DNA from: the human T2T-CHM13v2.0 reference genome, Homo sapiens
NCBI RefSeq assembly: GCF_009914755.1
Contig: NC_060929.1
DNA: 64,000 bases
Direction: 5' to 3' (one strand)
Shown piece after piece: positions 26,124 through 41,254 of this stretch. The translations under genes and the position numbers were made by a program. A model generated the notes under the pieces. The model searched no databases. It saw only the letters and a list, made by a program, of their open reading frames with translations, and was not told where the DNA came from. Numbering within the stretch: the stretch's first letter is position 1; each line of letters begins with the position of its first letter.

Positions 26124-26965
26124 ATGTGATGGTTTTCTAGGGCTGCCATAACAAAGTACCACAAACTGGGTGGCTTAAAACAAAGAAATTTATCAGACAG
26201 CTCTGGAGGCTTGAAGTCCAAAATCAAGATATCTGTTGAGCTTCTCTCTCTCTAAAACCTGGAGGGGAGTGATATGGTTTGGCTGTGTCCCCACCCAAAT
26301 CTCATCTTCAATTGTAATTCCCACAATTCCCACGTTGTCATGGGAGGAACCTGGTGGAAGATAATTGAATTATGGGGGTGAGTCTTTCTCAAGAAATGCT
26401 GTTCTCTTGATAAGTTTCACGAGATCTGACGGTTCTAAAAAAACAGGAGTTTTCCTGCACAAGCTCTCTTCTTTTGTCTGCTGCCATGTGAGACGTGCCT
26501 TTCACCTTCTGCCATGATTGTGTGGCCTTCCCAGCCACATGAAACTGTAAGTCCATTAAACTTATTTTGTGAATTGCCCAGTCTCTGGTATGTCTTTATC
26601 AGCAGCGTGAGAATGGACTTATAACACAGGGAGAATTGTTACTTGCCTCATCCAGCTTCTAGTAGCTCTGGAGATTCCTGGCTTGCAGCTGCAACTCTTC
26701 AAGCTCGGCCTCCATGATTGCGTGGCATTCTGTCATTTGTATGTGACTTCATATTGTATGAAGAAATGAAGATACCTCCATGTGTCCATGTCTTGTTATA
26801 TGGACATAAGTCATATTGGATTAAGAGCTCACCTTCCTCCAGTAAAACTTCATCTTAACTAATTCAATTTGTTACAACCCTATTTCCAAATAAGGTCACA
26901 TTCTGAGATCCTGCGAGTTAGGACTTCAACATAACTTTATGGGGGATACAATTCAATCCATAACA
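26124..26965 (-). mobile_element. MLT1C LTR interrupted by THE1
   Basis: CTAGGGCTGCCATAACAAAGTACCACAAACTGGGTGGCTTAAAACA ... TTTCCAAATAAGGTCACATTCTGAG..CAATCCATAACA. Confidence 0.85.
26270..26628 (+). mobile_element. THE1 solo LTR (THE1C-like)
   Basis: TGATATGGTTTGGCTGTGTCCCCACCCAAATCTCATC start; 5-bp TSD GGGAG at 26265-26269 and 26629-26633. Confidence 0.92.
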
Positions 26966-27070
26966 GGTGGTCAGGGCCTGAATTAAGTAGAGATTATGGC
27001 ATTAAGGATGTTGAAAGCTAATAGCTGGCATGAGAATCTGAATGAAGAATGAATGGCATCCCTACAATGG

Positions 27071-27920
27071 GGGTTTGGGACATAATCCCAAAAGACACCA
27101 TCCTGAATACCGTAAACCCTATTGTGAAGATCCTGAAAGATTGAAATCCTGAAAGTGTAAAATCCCCAAAATTACAATCTCAAAGAATCAAAATTCCAAA
27201 AATATAATTATTTTTAAAAGGAGAGTTGAGAAACATATAAAAATGTGATAGAATACAGGCAGTAATGACATACATATTTTTGCAAGCATAAAACAGATAT
27301 ATTAACAGCAGTAATACAGGTATAACATTTTTTGAGCAGACGAACCATATTAAAAAATAAATAGCTTATATAAATGCACTCATCTGAAATGCCATTATGA
27401 ACAATCCAAGTCTTTTAATCAAAAACCTTGATGGATCACCACTGCATCATCACAGCATATGCAGTCACCCGGAGATCCCAGAGCTTATGTTATCTTTCAC
27501 AGAAGCAGATATACAGAGGGGTTATCTTTTCATCTGCTGAAAAAGTTTCAATGTTTTTATGTGCATGTACAATGCTTACATACAAAGTCAACATTGTGAT
27601 AATGCACTTTCCTGTAGTCAAATTTGCAAAATATGTGTAAAATGAATTAGAACTCTTTAAAAGCCTTTATACAATTTATATCTCCAGTATTGGAAAAGAT
27701 TAAATACATAGGATAGCAAATTGCAGAAAATGATGCTGACAATTTAAAATAGTGAAAAAAAAAAAAAAACCTAAAACGACAGCAACAATACCCAAAGAAA
27801 CTGAAAAACCTGATACATGAAAAAATGTGTTATAGGGATAGATTATGGGCAATTGCACAGAAGTAGCCCTAAAAACCTGGCTGACTTTCACTGTCATTAA
27901 CTATATTTTGAAGTGTTGCA
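27071..27920. mobile_element. Ricksha (MULE-MuDR DNA transposon) terminal fragment
   Basis: GGGTTTGGGACATAATCCCAAAAGACAC terminus followed by iterated AATCC(C/T)(G/A)AA subrepeats typical of the Ricksha TIR. Confidence 0.75.
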
Positions 27921-28461
27921 TTAAAATATTATCAATCTGTTACTGGAAGGCAGGAAAGGCAATCTGTGATACATGTTTTTCTTAGTAAGAGCTCCAATTT
28001 ATATTTTCTTTTCTCAAAATTTAGAAGAAAATTTCTATGGAGCCTAGAGATCATGTACTGCTAGCTACTGGCAATAAAATTTAAAAAAAAAAGAAAAGAA
28101 AAGGAAGCAAAGAAAGGAAAAAAGGAAGGAAGGAGGACAGAGAGGAAGTCTAATATTGAGGGTGGCATTGCTGTCTGGAAACATGGGACACGTGGAAGGA
28201 CAGGTATTCCCTTTATGTGTCAACTTGTCTCCTCTTCTCCTCTAAAACTTGACCAGACTAATAGCCCACCAACAGAGCTGTGGTCCAGCATCTACTCAGA
28301 CCAAAAAGCTACAGCATCTATAAGTTGTCTAAATTATCTGGTCTAGAATTTCAGGTCTCCCACATCTGTCACCTTCCCTTACATACCTTGTGACCCAGCT
28401 ACCTTGTAGGACTTGCTCCTCCCTGTAGGTACCCTTGTGGATTCCCAACACATATGTCCTT

Positions 28462-28821
28462 TTTATTAGTCTGTTCTCATGCTGCTTATAAAGACACACC
28501 TGAGACCGGGCAATTTATGAAGAAAAAGAGGTTTAAGGGATGTACAGTTCCACGTGGCTGGGGAGGTCTCACAATCATGGCAGAAGGTGAAAGGTCCATC
28601 TTACATGGCAGCAGGCAAGAGAGAATGAGAATCAAGTAAAAGGGAAACTCTTTATGCGACCATCAGATCTGGTGCACCTTATTCACTACCACAAGAACAG
28701 TATGGGGAAACCACTCCCATGATTCAGCTATCTCCCACTGGGTCCCTCCCACAACATGTGGGAATTATGGGAGCTACAATTCAAGATGAGATTTGGGTGG
28801 GGACACAGCCAAACCATATCA
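28462..28821 (-). mobile_element. THE1B solo LTR
   Basis: TATTAGTCTGTTCTCATGCTGC..GGGACACAGCCAAACCATATCA; TSD TCCTT/TCCCT. Confidence 0.92.
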
Positions 28822-29502
28822 TCCCTTCTTATGCTTCTCCTTTGACCCCCTCTCAAATGTAGCTATTACCTTTGTTGCTGTCTTCCTTCCAAATCTAACT
28901 TCCCTATCATCAAAACACATACAACAACTTTACCCTTACCTTTTTGTTGGCATTCATGATACCCTGTCTTATAGGTTTATATTGGTGAAGGTCTTGTCTG
29001 CTATAAATTAGAGAGATAAACATGTCAGTAGCATGATTTTTTGTTAGTAAAACTTTTAGATGATTGTAGATTTAAATCTTAATAAAATCTTTGGATTTCT
29101 GAGTCAAAGAATGTGTAATTTCAAATACAAGAAATTAACATTTCTTAATTGTCTTCTGAGACAGCAGTGCACAATAATGAAAACAGGTTAAGATTCAGAG
29201 GGTAGGGTTGGAGAAAGAAGAATTAGGAAATGTGGAGAAAGTTTGGTGGATGATAAAAAGTCTCTATTATGTTACACTTAGCTGTACTTGATTTTGTTCT
29301 TTAAATACCTACACTGTCCTTGGGAAACAAATTATTTAACATATTGTGATAGGCTGAATAATGTGCTGCCCAAAGTAACTCTGTCCTAATTCCTAGAATC
29401 TGTGACTATGTTGTTACATGGCAAAAGGGGCTTTGCAGATTTGATTATGTTATGGACCTTGAGATGGGGAGAATATTCTGGATTGTTTGGGTGGACCCAA
29501 TG

Positions 29503-29883
29503 TGATATGGTTTGGAAGTGTGTCCTGGCCTAAATCTCCTGTTGAATTGTAATCCCCAGTGTTAGAGGAGGGGTTTGGTGGGAGTTGAGTGGATCATGGG
29601 GGCAAATTTTCTTCTTGCTGTTCTCCTAATAGTGAGCGAGCTCTCATGAAACCTGGTTGTTTAAAACTGTGTGGCACCTTCCCCTTCTCTCTCTTCCTCC
29701 TTCTCTGGCCATGTAAGATGTGCCTGCTTCCCCTTTGCCTTCTTCCATGACTGTGAGATTCCTGAGGCCTCCACAGGCATGCTTCCAGTACAGCCTGTAG
29801 CACTGTGATCCAATGAAACCTCTTTTCTTTATAAATTACCCAGTCTCAGGTAGTTCTTTATAGCACTATGAGAACAGACTACA
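29503..29883 (+). mobile_element. MSTA/B solo LTR
   Basis: TGATATGGTTTGG start; AAACCTCTTTTCTTTATAAATTACCCAGTCTCAGGTAGTTCTTTATAGCA; TSD CAATG/CAAGG. Confidence 0.9.
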
Positions 29884-29974
29884 CAAGGTAATGTGGAGTG
29901 TACAATGTGGAATACACAATGTACAATATGGAATACACAAGGTAATCACAAGGGTCCTTGTAAGAGAGAGGCAG

Positions 29975-30384
<410 letters not shown>

Positions 30385-30612
30385 CTAGAAGCTGGAAAAT
30401 GCAGCACACAGATTCTCCCCTGAGCCTCTAGAAGGAACGCAGTCCTGCCAACACCTTGATTTTAGGATGTCTGACCTCCAGAACTGTCAGAAAATAAATC
30501 TGTGTTGTTTTAAGTTATGTAATTTGTGGCAATGTATTACAGTGTCAATAGGAAACTATATATATTTTACAGGAAGAGGAATTAAGGCTGTGACAATTAA
30601 AAGTAGAGACCA

Positions 30613-31125
<513 letters not shown>

Positions 31126-33089
31126 GTATAAACCAGTGCCTCATCATCATTTATTGTCTTAATTTGTGCTTCATAATAGCCTGGAATCTGATTCCTATCT
31201 AAGCATGCTACTTGCCCACCGAACTAGAAACAGAACATCAGCAATAGCCTATAGTTGGTTCTCTAGCCAGAAACCTTAAGGTTTTTACCTGTAAACATCA
31301 AGCCCATTATTAACACTACAGATATGTTTAATGCCTCAGTATTTGCACGTTTGCAAAAGCTGTGTCCTAGAGGTGTAAATGGTAGTGCTAAATTACATTG
31401 GCTTGATTTGGTCCAGAGAAAACCCTACTGTATTTTCATAAAGCTGTGTCAGTGTTTTTAATGCTAAGAGTATGTACTTCTCATAAAAGTATATTTCATC
31501 AAACAATGTCTACAGAGGATTAAACTGGACTATAAAACGATGTTTTTGTGTACAGCTTTCAGGATTGCTAACGCTCTATTGTTTATCCTTACTCCCTGGG
31601 GCATCTCTCTTGAGATGAAGATTTGCTTAGCAGATGACATGCTGTACAGACAATGTGATTTTTAGCCAAAGAAATCGCTGTATGTATGCAGGGATTCTTC
31701 CTCGGGTCTCTATCAATACTTGCCTTTGCTTTGTGTATCTGACCCGTAACATTTGTATGAATGTGGCAAGTTTAACTTGCCTGCTTATACCTGGCTTGCC
31801 AAACACAATTCTGCCCTCATCATTTTTTATAACAAGATTAAGTAACATTGCTGCCCCCTCTGTGTCTCTGCTGACTTTCTCCTTGGTCCTCCTGGCCTAT
31901 TAAGTTGCCCTTGAGCCTTCAAGACCAGACTCAATTCTGCCTCCTCTGTGGTCAAGCCTTTCTCACCATTCTTCCTCTGCAACTTCTCCTAACATCTTTC
32001 GGGTCTGTATATGGGCTAGTTAATTAAAGTCACACCAAGTTCTAGCATTGACATGATTTTTGCATGCATCATGTTAAATTACAGATCCTTATATTCAGAA
32101 GCTGCATTATAATTTGGCTGCAATTCATAATATTTAAGCACAATATTCAGTAAATATTTGCTGGCTTATTGATTGTTGATTTCATTATTTGCGTCCTTTT
32201 TGGATTTTAAGTTTGGGTATGTGACATTAAGAAATATCTTAGTGGAATATAGAATGGAATCATTATTTTTATTTTACACTCTCTAAGGTAAAGCAACTGT
32301 TCACTCCCTCAATATTTTAGAGAAAGCGGTCTAGTCTTATTTCCAAATTTGCTTAGTGGTTATAATTTATGTTTAAAAATCCTACTTGATGACATTTAAT
32401 TAAGATCTTAGAAGCAAAGAATAATTAGGATGTATTCCTGCATATTTTTAGCTTTGGTATGACTTTACCTAAACCATTCCATATGATTAAAGATCTTATT
32501 ATCTTCAAAGACTTACAGATAAAGCAAGTCCAGAGTCTCCTGACAGGGTTTGAGTCTATTTAAAAGTATTTGCCGGGGAAGGTCATATGCATTTGCCAGG
32601 CCTCAGTGAGTCATAGCACTTGATCCAGAGAGGTGCGTTTGGAAATGTTTTTCTGGGTCCCTGAGTCCCCTGCTGCTCCTATGGCGATGTCTCCTAGGTG
32701 TGATACCCACATTGTCAGTCTGGTTTGGCAGTGCATACTTCCAGCAACCATGCAGGTATAAAATGGAGAACTGCTCTGAGACTCCACCCAAAACAATTCG
32801 AAAGATGTTCAGTTAAAATAAATAAGTGTCAGCCACTTAAACCACTCCTGTTTGAAATTGTCTGTCTGCACCCACTCCACTGGAAGTTATCAGAATTTTT
32901 AGTGAAGCAGATATTCTGATGCCCATAGGTATTGAAGACCAGGGATCGGGACATTTGAATAATAAGAAACTGCACAAAAAGTTCTTGATTGCCCCCTTGC
33001 ATATTATAATGTTTGGATGAGTGAGAAAAACTGAGCAAAAAGTTGAGAGCAAATGATTATATAAAAATAGACACAAAACATTGCTGTGT

Positions 33090-33710
33090 TGTATATCGGC
33101 CAAAGATACATAATCTGAATCTAAGTGTGAGAATCAAACACACAACTTCAGATGGGGGAACTTTATACAAAATAATTGCCCTGAGCTCTTAAAAAATGCC
33201 AATGTCATGAAAGATAGAAGAGCCCGGGGAAATGGTCTAGAATAAAGGATCTTTGATCAGATTCTGGATATAAATATAAAATAAAATAAAGCAAAAATTC
33301 CCAGCTTTATAGATAATTTTTCAGTCAGTAGGTAATATTTAAACATGGACTCTATCTATGTTAATGTTGAATTATTATATGTTAGTGTTTAATTATTAAC
33401 TTTTCTGCATGTAATAATTGATGGGATGTGGGATAATATCCTTCATAGAAGGTACATGCTGAAGTATTACAGGGACGCAGAGTCAGTCACAAGATCTACA
33501 AATGGCTCTCAAGTAATTCAGAATAGGAAAATGTATATATGTTCCATGTACTTACTTGCGCACACACAGCCGTGTATATATGTAAATGAGGAGAGGGAGA
33601 GAGAGAATGTGGTAAAATGTTAAACAATTGGTAAATCTTGATATATAGATGTTTATTGTACTCTTGCGCTTTTTTTGTAGGTTTGACGTTTTTCAAAATA
33701 AAAAGTTGAG
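33090..33710 (+). mobile_element. Ancient L1ME-type 3'UTR
   Basis: AAAAAATGCCAATGTCATGAAAGA, ATGTGGTAAAATGTTAAACAATTGGTAAATCT, terminal TTTCAAAATAAAAAGTT. Confidence 0.65.
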
Positions 33711-36700
33711 GAGAAAACGGCAAATTCCAAAGGGTATTTCCCTTCATCTTTCTTTAGATATTAGTCAAAATTCAGCTAAACAGAAGTGGAGAATCCCCAA
33801 GCTACTGAAATAAATAAGCTGCTCTAATCTTTTATAAGATTTGGGTATCTTAGTACTTATAGGCAAGGGCAGCTGAAGACTCACTAAATAAATATGTCTT
33901 CATCAATATTTGACCCTTTAAGGGGTACCTCTGCCTGTTAAATAAGCAAGGAAATAAAATAGCGTAACTAGGCATGCAGGCATCGTGATAATCACAAGTT
34001 TTTCATTTGGAAATGTTTCCCAACTTGGGAGTTATTGCTTTCAGCTGTAATAATAACAGGCTTTTCCGCTAAGGAAAAAATACGTGGTGTTTAAAATAAA
34101 TATCATCAGTACAATTCTGCAGTGTTGAAAAAACATAAATGACCTTTTTTCTTTTCTTTAAACATTAAAATCTCCTGGAGCTTCCAGGGGACAGAATTTG
34201 TGTTCACGGAGAATGAATTTCAACTAAGAGGTGACTGGTTACAAAAGACCTTCACCGTCATTTTAAGTGGTGCCAAAACCCCTTTTATTTGTGGCCTTTG
34301 CCCAAAGATAAGCCCAGACTTTTCTCCAAGTATGTTGGCTACACTTTCTCATTGCAATCTGGGATCTGCCTGTTAAACACAATTGAGAGTGGAATTATAA
34401 GCTCAGGGGATGTCACTATTTGCATCCTAGGAACTGACTCAAACCAGTGTACTACCAAACTCACAGTACAGCTACAGTTATCGGAAGGCCAGTTTTAAAA
34501 GAATTCACACATTTCTCCAGGGGATAGCAAAAGGTTTGAAGGCAGCTTTCTGGTGGGATTTTACACCCTCGTTTTTTTTCCTTATGAAAAAAATAATAGC
34601 AAGTTCAGGCTTTGTTCCTGAGACCTCTGTCTTAACATGACAAATCCTTTGCCCAGAAGATTAAGTAATTATTCTCTTGTCGTTCTGTATCCTAATTCCA
34701 TTTTTTCCTTTTTCTTTCACTGACAAAATATCAAGAACTGTAGTGAATATCATTTAATGAGCATCTCTGATGTTTCTGATATCATGCTAAGTGACCTATT
34801 TATAATATTATTTGATACAAACAAGATATCCTATAAGACAGTTATTGTCTTATTTTACAAAGAAGGGAAATTTTACAGCTAAATTAGCAAGTGATCGCCA
34901 GTCTGGGAATAAAGTCTTGCTCCTGACACTACAATATATGAAGGACAATTAGTTTTCTTTATTCCATCATCCATTTAAGAATTGTGACAGATAGCATACA
35001 GAAAACAATCAAATAGATTGAAACAAATTCCTGTGAGGGTGGCAATTTTATTACTTTTCTCGAACAGCTGGTTAGTTCTTTTGTGAGTGTGTTTATCTTT
35101 CTAAAATCTTTACAAGGACGGCACTTATTTGTCAATTAAAATCTGTATGGCTGACTAAAGGAAACATCAGACATTCTGTAGGAATCATTAAGGTCAAGGT
35201 AGCTTGCCATGATTTAGGCCTCAGATCAATAAAACATTCAGCTAAGTTCTCAAAGAGCGACCTTGGAAAGGAGAGAGAACAACCATGAAAGACATTTGGA
35301 AGTAATAAGGCCAATCAGCTGATAGCCATTCACTGACTTGTAGAGACTTGCCAGGAGAGAAGTCTGCGTATTCCCTATCAGTAGCTACTGCATCCTGTCT
35401 GTTCAACAAGATCACCAGTTCTGTGCCAGCCATTGGGCTGTGAGCCGAAGTCATTCAAAGGAATGGCCACAATTGCCTGCATGTCTAAATTTGCAATCTT
35501 GGTTGAATTGCTGTGCGTAAAATAGGATGTTAGCAATAAACCATAATACCAACAAACAGTAAACCAGTCATTCATTAGCAATCATGACTATTAGCATTAT
35601 CTTCTGAGTATAGTTGTAATGAGCCCACATTATGGATGCCCCTGGGACATTTTCCTTGCAGTCTTCTTTTGGGTTTTTCTCTGAAAACATTATTCAAGGA
35701 TCAGGTGGAAGAGGATAGTGGAAAGGACTGAGGGTAAATTATACAACCAATTAGAAACTTCCACACTGTCAACTTTCAGCTTTCATTATATTTATCTTGG
35801 ATGACTGAGTAAATTACTTGGCTTTTCTCCATTCTTAAAATGTCATATAAAACCATATTGTGCCTGATTACCTGATTCACTTTATTATAAGCCCTTGGAA
35901 GCATGCATACTGGTTGTAAATATCATTGAATAACTTACTAAAACTTTATGTGTTTAAATTGTATCTAATTTTGCATTTATACCTAGCTAATTTTATTTCT
36001 GTCCCCATTTATTAACTTGAGCAATACTCACCATCTGAAATATGTTGGCCAATAATTATTTCTTCTAATATGGCCCACATATTAGAAGAAATATGTAACA
36101 GCTTTGTAACAATGACATCATCAGCTACCATATGTATTAGACTGTTTCCTTTCAAACTGGTTTACTGAAAAGAGTATAATATGATGATAAATATTATCAT
36201 TATTAGAGTATAATATTATTATTATATTGTATAAGAACATAGCATATTATATAACTGGGTGTTTTGGTAGTGCAAATTATTTGTTAAATAAAGGTAACAA
36301 TGGGTTAAGATAGAAATATGTTTGAAAGTGATAATTTTTAAATATAGTAATTTTTCTTCTATTAGTTTATATTCATAGTACAACTTACTCTGCACAATAG
36401 TGATGTTTGACTTTAATTCTGGAATATTTTACTCTTTAAAAAGATCACATCTTAAATTTCAATTATGCAATTTTGCTCTTAGGATATGTACAAAAGTTGT
36501 AAATGCTTGATAGAGAATATACATATAAGGTATAATGCTCATTCATATACATCTTTGAAGCTCAATATTTTATTTCATTATAGGGACTAGGCAAATTTTC
36601 ATTTTATTTCTGGCTTATAGACCATTTCTTGGATTTTCGAAGATTTTTTTTTAGTGTAAAACCTATGCTATCAAGCAAAATAATCCCTTTCTAAATTCCT

Positions 36701-37174
36701 TTAGGCCTTTGATTTACAGAGATCTGTGAGTATTACATCCATGAAGGACTTGGTCTCAAGGTTGCAGAGTTATGAGATCTAAAGGTAACATCACCCATAA
36801 TATGTGGGAAGTGCCCTGCCAAAAATCATAGCAAACAAGGTTTCAAACACTAAGGAAAAGTTTAGTCTTTGTGGGGCCTATCTTCTCATTTGTATTTCAA
36901 ATGAAGTTATTCATATTCTTTCTTTCTCCCTCCCTCCCTTCCCCTTTCTCCTCTCTCTGCATCATCCTCGAGTCTCTATTAGTTTATCCCCAAGATGATA
37001 AAAATAGAAATATTCCTTAACTTACAAGAGAGGTGATCTTTTTTGACTTTTGAAATTATGCCCTTCCTACTATGCCATTTCTGAGCTCTCCTTTATAGTT
37101 TAACTTCTCAAAACATTTTCTTTTCATATTGCCTCTATTTCCTCATTTTTAGTGTCTGGTTTTTTAGTTGTTAG

Positions 37175-37534
<360 letters not shown>

Positions 37535-38017
37535 AAGAATACTTTTAAGTAGGATTGCATTATGTACTAATTTTTTTAACTAGCCAGTCACTCAAAAATA
37601 TACTGTAAACTTATTGATACCAGTTTTTTACTATTATAAAAATAGCAAGTATTGTCTAAGAATTCATAACCACCCGGAATGCCAGGTTTGAATTTAGAAT
37701 TCTAGGATTCTTGGAATCACTCATTCCTATCCGGCCACCTATATTGTCCTATACTGACAGGAAATTTGCACGTATATACCTGGACATAACAGCCTGCACG
37801 TCCAGGCTCCACCCTCCAGCTACTACAAGTTGTTAACCTCGGCTATTCAACAAGCTTTGAGGTACACACAGTAATTGCATAATTTGGCTGTTTTGGCAGG
37901 GCATTCCAGGGTTCCTGAGATCTAAGTGTGGGTTGGAATGAAGTGCAGTGGAACACATCCTCTTGGCCGGCTCATTTCCTGCTCATATGCACTAGGAGAA
38001 ATTCATAGAAATGTTCA

Positions 38018-38418
<401 letters not shown>

Positions 38419-38859
38419 TCACATACTATAAAGTAATGATAAGATGTATGCACACATTATAAATATTTTATAAAATATTATGGTAAATTGTATGTAACTG
38501 ATTATCACAGAATGCTTTTACTGATTTTTGCTGAGTCTTGTATGAGTAGCCAAGCTGTGGAATTATGATTCAGTGTAGGGTGAATATTAGATAATATTTT
38601 TGTTTATGTTAACAATTAATACAAAAGTGAAACAACAGAGACATATTGGAAATTCACTATTTGTCAGAGACGTTAGTAATTACTGTACTTTGTTCAATGA
38701 GATAATAACTTTTGAATACTAGAAGAGTACTTTTTCATTCTTTTGAAGCTATAGACATGATATAATGGCTATAGACGTGACACACTTTTAAGTTTAATCT
38801 ACATTATTAACATGTTTTCCACGACTATATTAAGTCTAGGTAATCCACAAAACAATAGA

Positions 38860-39220
38860 TCAAGTCCTGACTTCCAGCGTTGCAGATTTCCATGGTATAA
38901 ATACTCCTACAGTTGCTAATTTCAAACTACTGACATGGCACTGCTGACATAGAGTTGAGAAAAGATAGGCAGTAATACGCATGACATAGTGTTTCCAGCA
39001 TACAGTCGAAGGACACAGCCTCAAGAACATGGATTTTAGTAAAATGTAGTAACATAATTGGAGAATGATGAGTTTTGTGTCTTTCTTTTGTTATTAATAT
39101 AATTTGCTTAATTATAAGTGTACATAATTTACTTTTTTATAATGGTTGTGTTTAACAACTGACTTGGAAAATTTTGGAGAATTTAACAGCCCCCTATTAT
39201 AAGCTGGTTCAAAACAGCTT
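38860..39220. mobile_element. MER63-like (hAT-Blackjack) fragment
   Basis: GATTTCCATGGTATAAATACTCCTAC..TAATTTCAAACTAC and ATAATGGTTGTGTTTAACAACTG..AATTTAACA. Confidence 0.6.
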
Positions 39221-39229
39221 TAGCACAAT

Positions 39230-40050
39230 ATTGTCCAATGACTGAATAGTCTATGTTGGGTAGTTTCTGTTTTTTGTTTCTTTCTATTTTGTTTTTCTAT
39301 TTGTTGATTTCTGATGCAAGATAACACTATATTACTTGATACAGCTTTAAACTTCAGCTTCATATTTGGAAGGGCAATCCCCTCAGTTTTCTTCTTCAGG
39401 AATGTGTTGCCTGGTCTCATTGAGGAATATCTTGGTACTTCCCTCTTCTGTATAAATTTTAAAATTATTTTGTAAATTTCACCCAAATACCTCTTGAAAG
39501 TTTGAATGAAACTTCATTGACTTTTAGGTCAGTTTGGTGAGAAGAGACACCTTTATGATATTGATTTTGCTATGTATTAATATTGTGTAACTCTCCATTT
39601 TTAGTTTCTTTCATGCTCACAAAGGTGTAATCTTATAGTGCTTAAAACTTCCTTTTTAAAAAAATGTTTATTTCAAAATACTTTATATTTTTGGTTGCTG
39701 GTACAAACAGTCTTTAATATTTCTTTTTACTAAGTTAACTATTATTGAGGTGTAATGTACAGACAATGGAATGCACCAATTTTGTATGTATAGCATGATA
39801 AATTTTGACATATGTTTACACCCTGTAACCACCGCCACCACAATAAGGATTCAAAATATTCCTATCACTCTAGTAAGTTCCTTATTGCTCTATTTTGGTC
39901 AAACCCTCCCTGCCAAGCTCCAGGAAACCATGAATTCACTTTTTTTCACAATAGATTAGTTTTAACTGTCCCAGAATTTCATAAATATGGAATCATACAT
40001 GTGTGCTCTTTTGGGGTCTGAAATTTTTGCTGAGCATAATGCTGTTTTCA
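39230..40050 (-). mobile_element. Old L1M fragments
   Basis: CAATATTGTCCAATGACTGAATAGTC (ORF2-like) and a 3'UTR end TATTGAGGTGTAATGTACAGACAATGGAATGCACC..ATATGGAATCATAC. Confidence 0.6.
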
Positions 40051-40228
40051 ACTATCACATTTATGAATTTTCTGGTGATTTATAACATTTTAAAGTATGC
40101 TAACATTTAAACAAATTAATGAATATTGGATGTTTTTAGATGCTATTTACCGTAACTTTAGCTTATCAGTTGTTCCCTTTAATATTCTCTTTGCAAATAT
40201 ATTTATAAATGAGCTTGGATTCGTAGAG

Positions 40229-40430
40229 CAGTGGTTAGAAAACTTTGTTAGAGTCAAATGATAACTATTTTCAGCTTTTGGGTCATACAGGCTCTGTAGC
40301 GATTACTGTGTTGAGTATTGTGACAGCAGCCATTTAGTATATATAAACAAAGAGGCATGGCTGTGTTCCAATAAAACATTATTTAAAAATACAGGCAGGC
40401 AGCCCTCAGACTGTATTTTCTTGATCCCTG
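40229..40430 (-). mobile_element. MER58-like hAT element
   Basis: GCATGGCTGTGTTCCAATAAAACATTATTT..ACAGGCAG..GATCCCTG. Confidence 0.75.
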
Positions 40431-41036
40431 TCAGTAAAACCATTCATATACTTGTGACATTAGGACTATTTACACTTTCTGTGTCCTCTTGGGTAAGATT
40501 TATTAATTGACATTTTCTAGTATTTTTTCCATTTTATCTCTGTTTTAATCTTTATTATTTTCTTCTTTCTGTTAGCTTTGCATTTAGTTTATACTTCTTT
40601 CCCTAGCTCTTTAAGTTGTAAAGTCAGGTTGTTGATTTGAGATCTTTCTTATTTTTTAATATAAGCATTTATAGCTGGAGATTTCCACTTTACCACTGCT
40701 TTCACCATATCCCATACATTTTGGTATGTTGATTTTTTTCATTTTTATTCATCTCTAAGCATTTTCTAATTTCCTTTGTGATTTCTTTTGTGATCCACTG
40801 GGTTATTTAAGAGTGTTGCTTAATTTTCACAACTTTGTTCACTTTTCATTTATAGAATTTTTCTGTTATTGATTTCTAAGTTCATCCCATTGTGGTCAGA
40901 AGACATACTTTGTATGATATCTGTCATTTTAAATCTAATGAGATTTAGTTTGTGGTCTATCATATGGTCTGTCCTGCAAAATGTCCCATGTGTACCTGAG
41001 AAGAATGTGTATGCTGTTAATGTTGGGAAGATTGTT

Positions 41037-41254
41037 TTGTTGTTGTTGTTGTTGCTGTTGAGAGGGAGTCTCAGTCACCAAGGCTGGAGTGCAGTGGAAC
41101 TTACCTAGGCTCACTGCAACCTCCATCTCCCATGTTCAAGCAATTCTCTGCCTCAGCCTTCCAAGTAGCTGGGATTACAGGTGCTCACCACCACAGCCGG
41201 CTAATTTTTTTGTATTTTTAGTAGAGACAGGGTTTCACCATGTTGGCCAGGCTG
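41037..41254 (-). mobile_element. 5'-truncated Alu with (TTG)n tail
   Basis: Right arm plus partial left arm; TSD AGATTGTT at 41029-41036 and 41256-41263. Confidence 0.88.

Noticed and set aside
32607-32613. AP-1 heptamer TGAGTCA (also several others in the window)
   Set aside because: A 7-mer is expected many times by chance in 64 kb; not supportable without chromatin data.
40935-41126. Poly-Q ORF
   Set aside because: Translation of the (CAA)n tail of an Alu.
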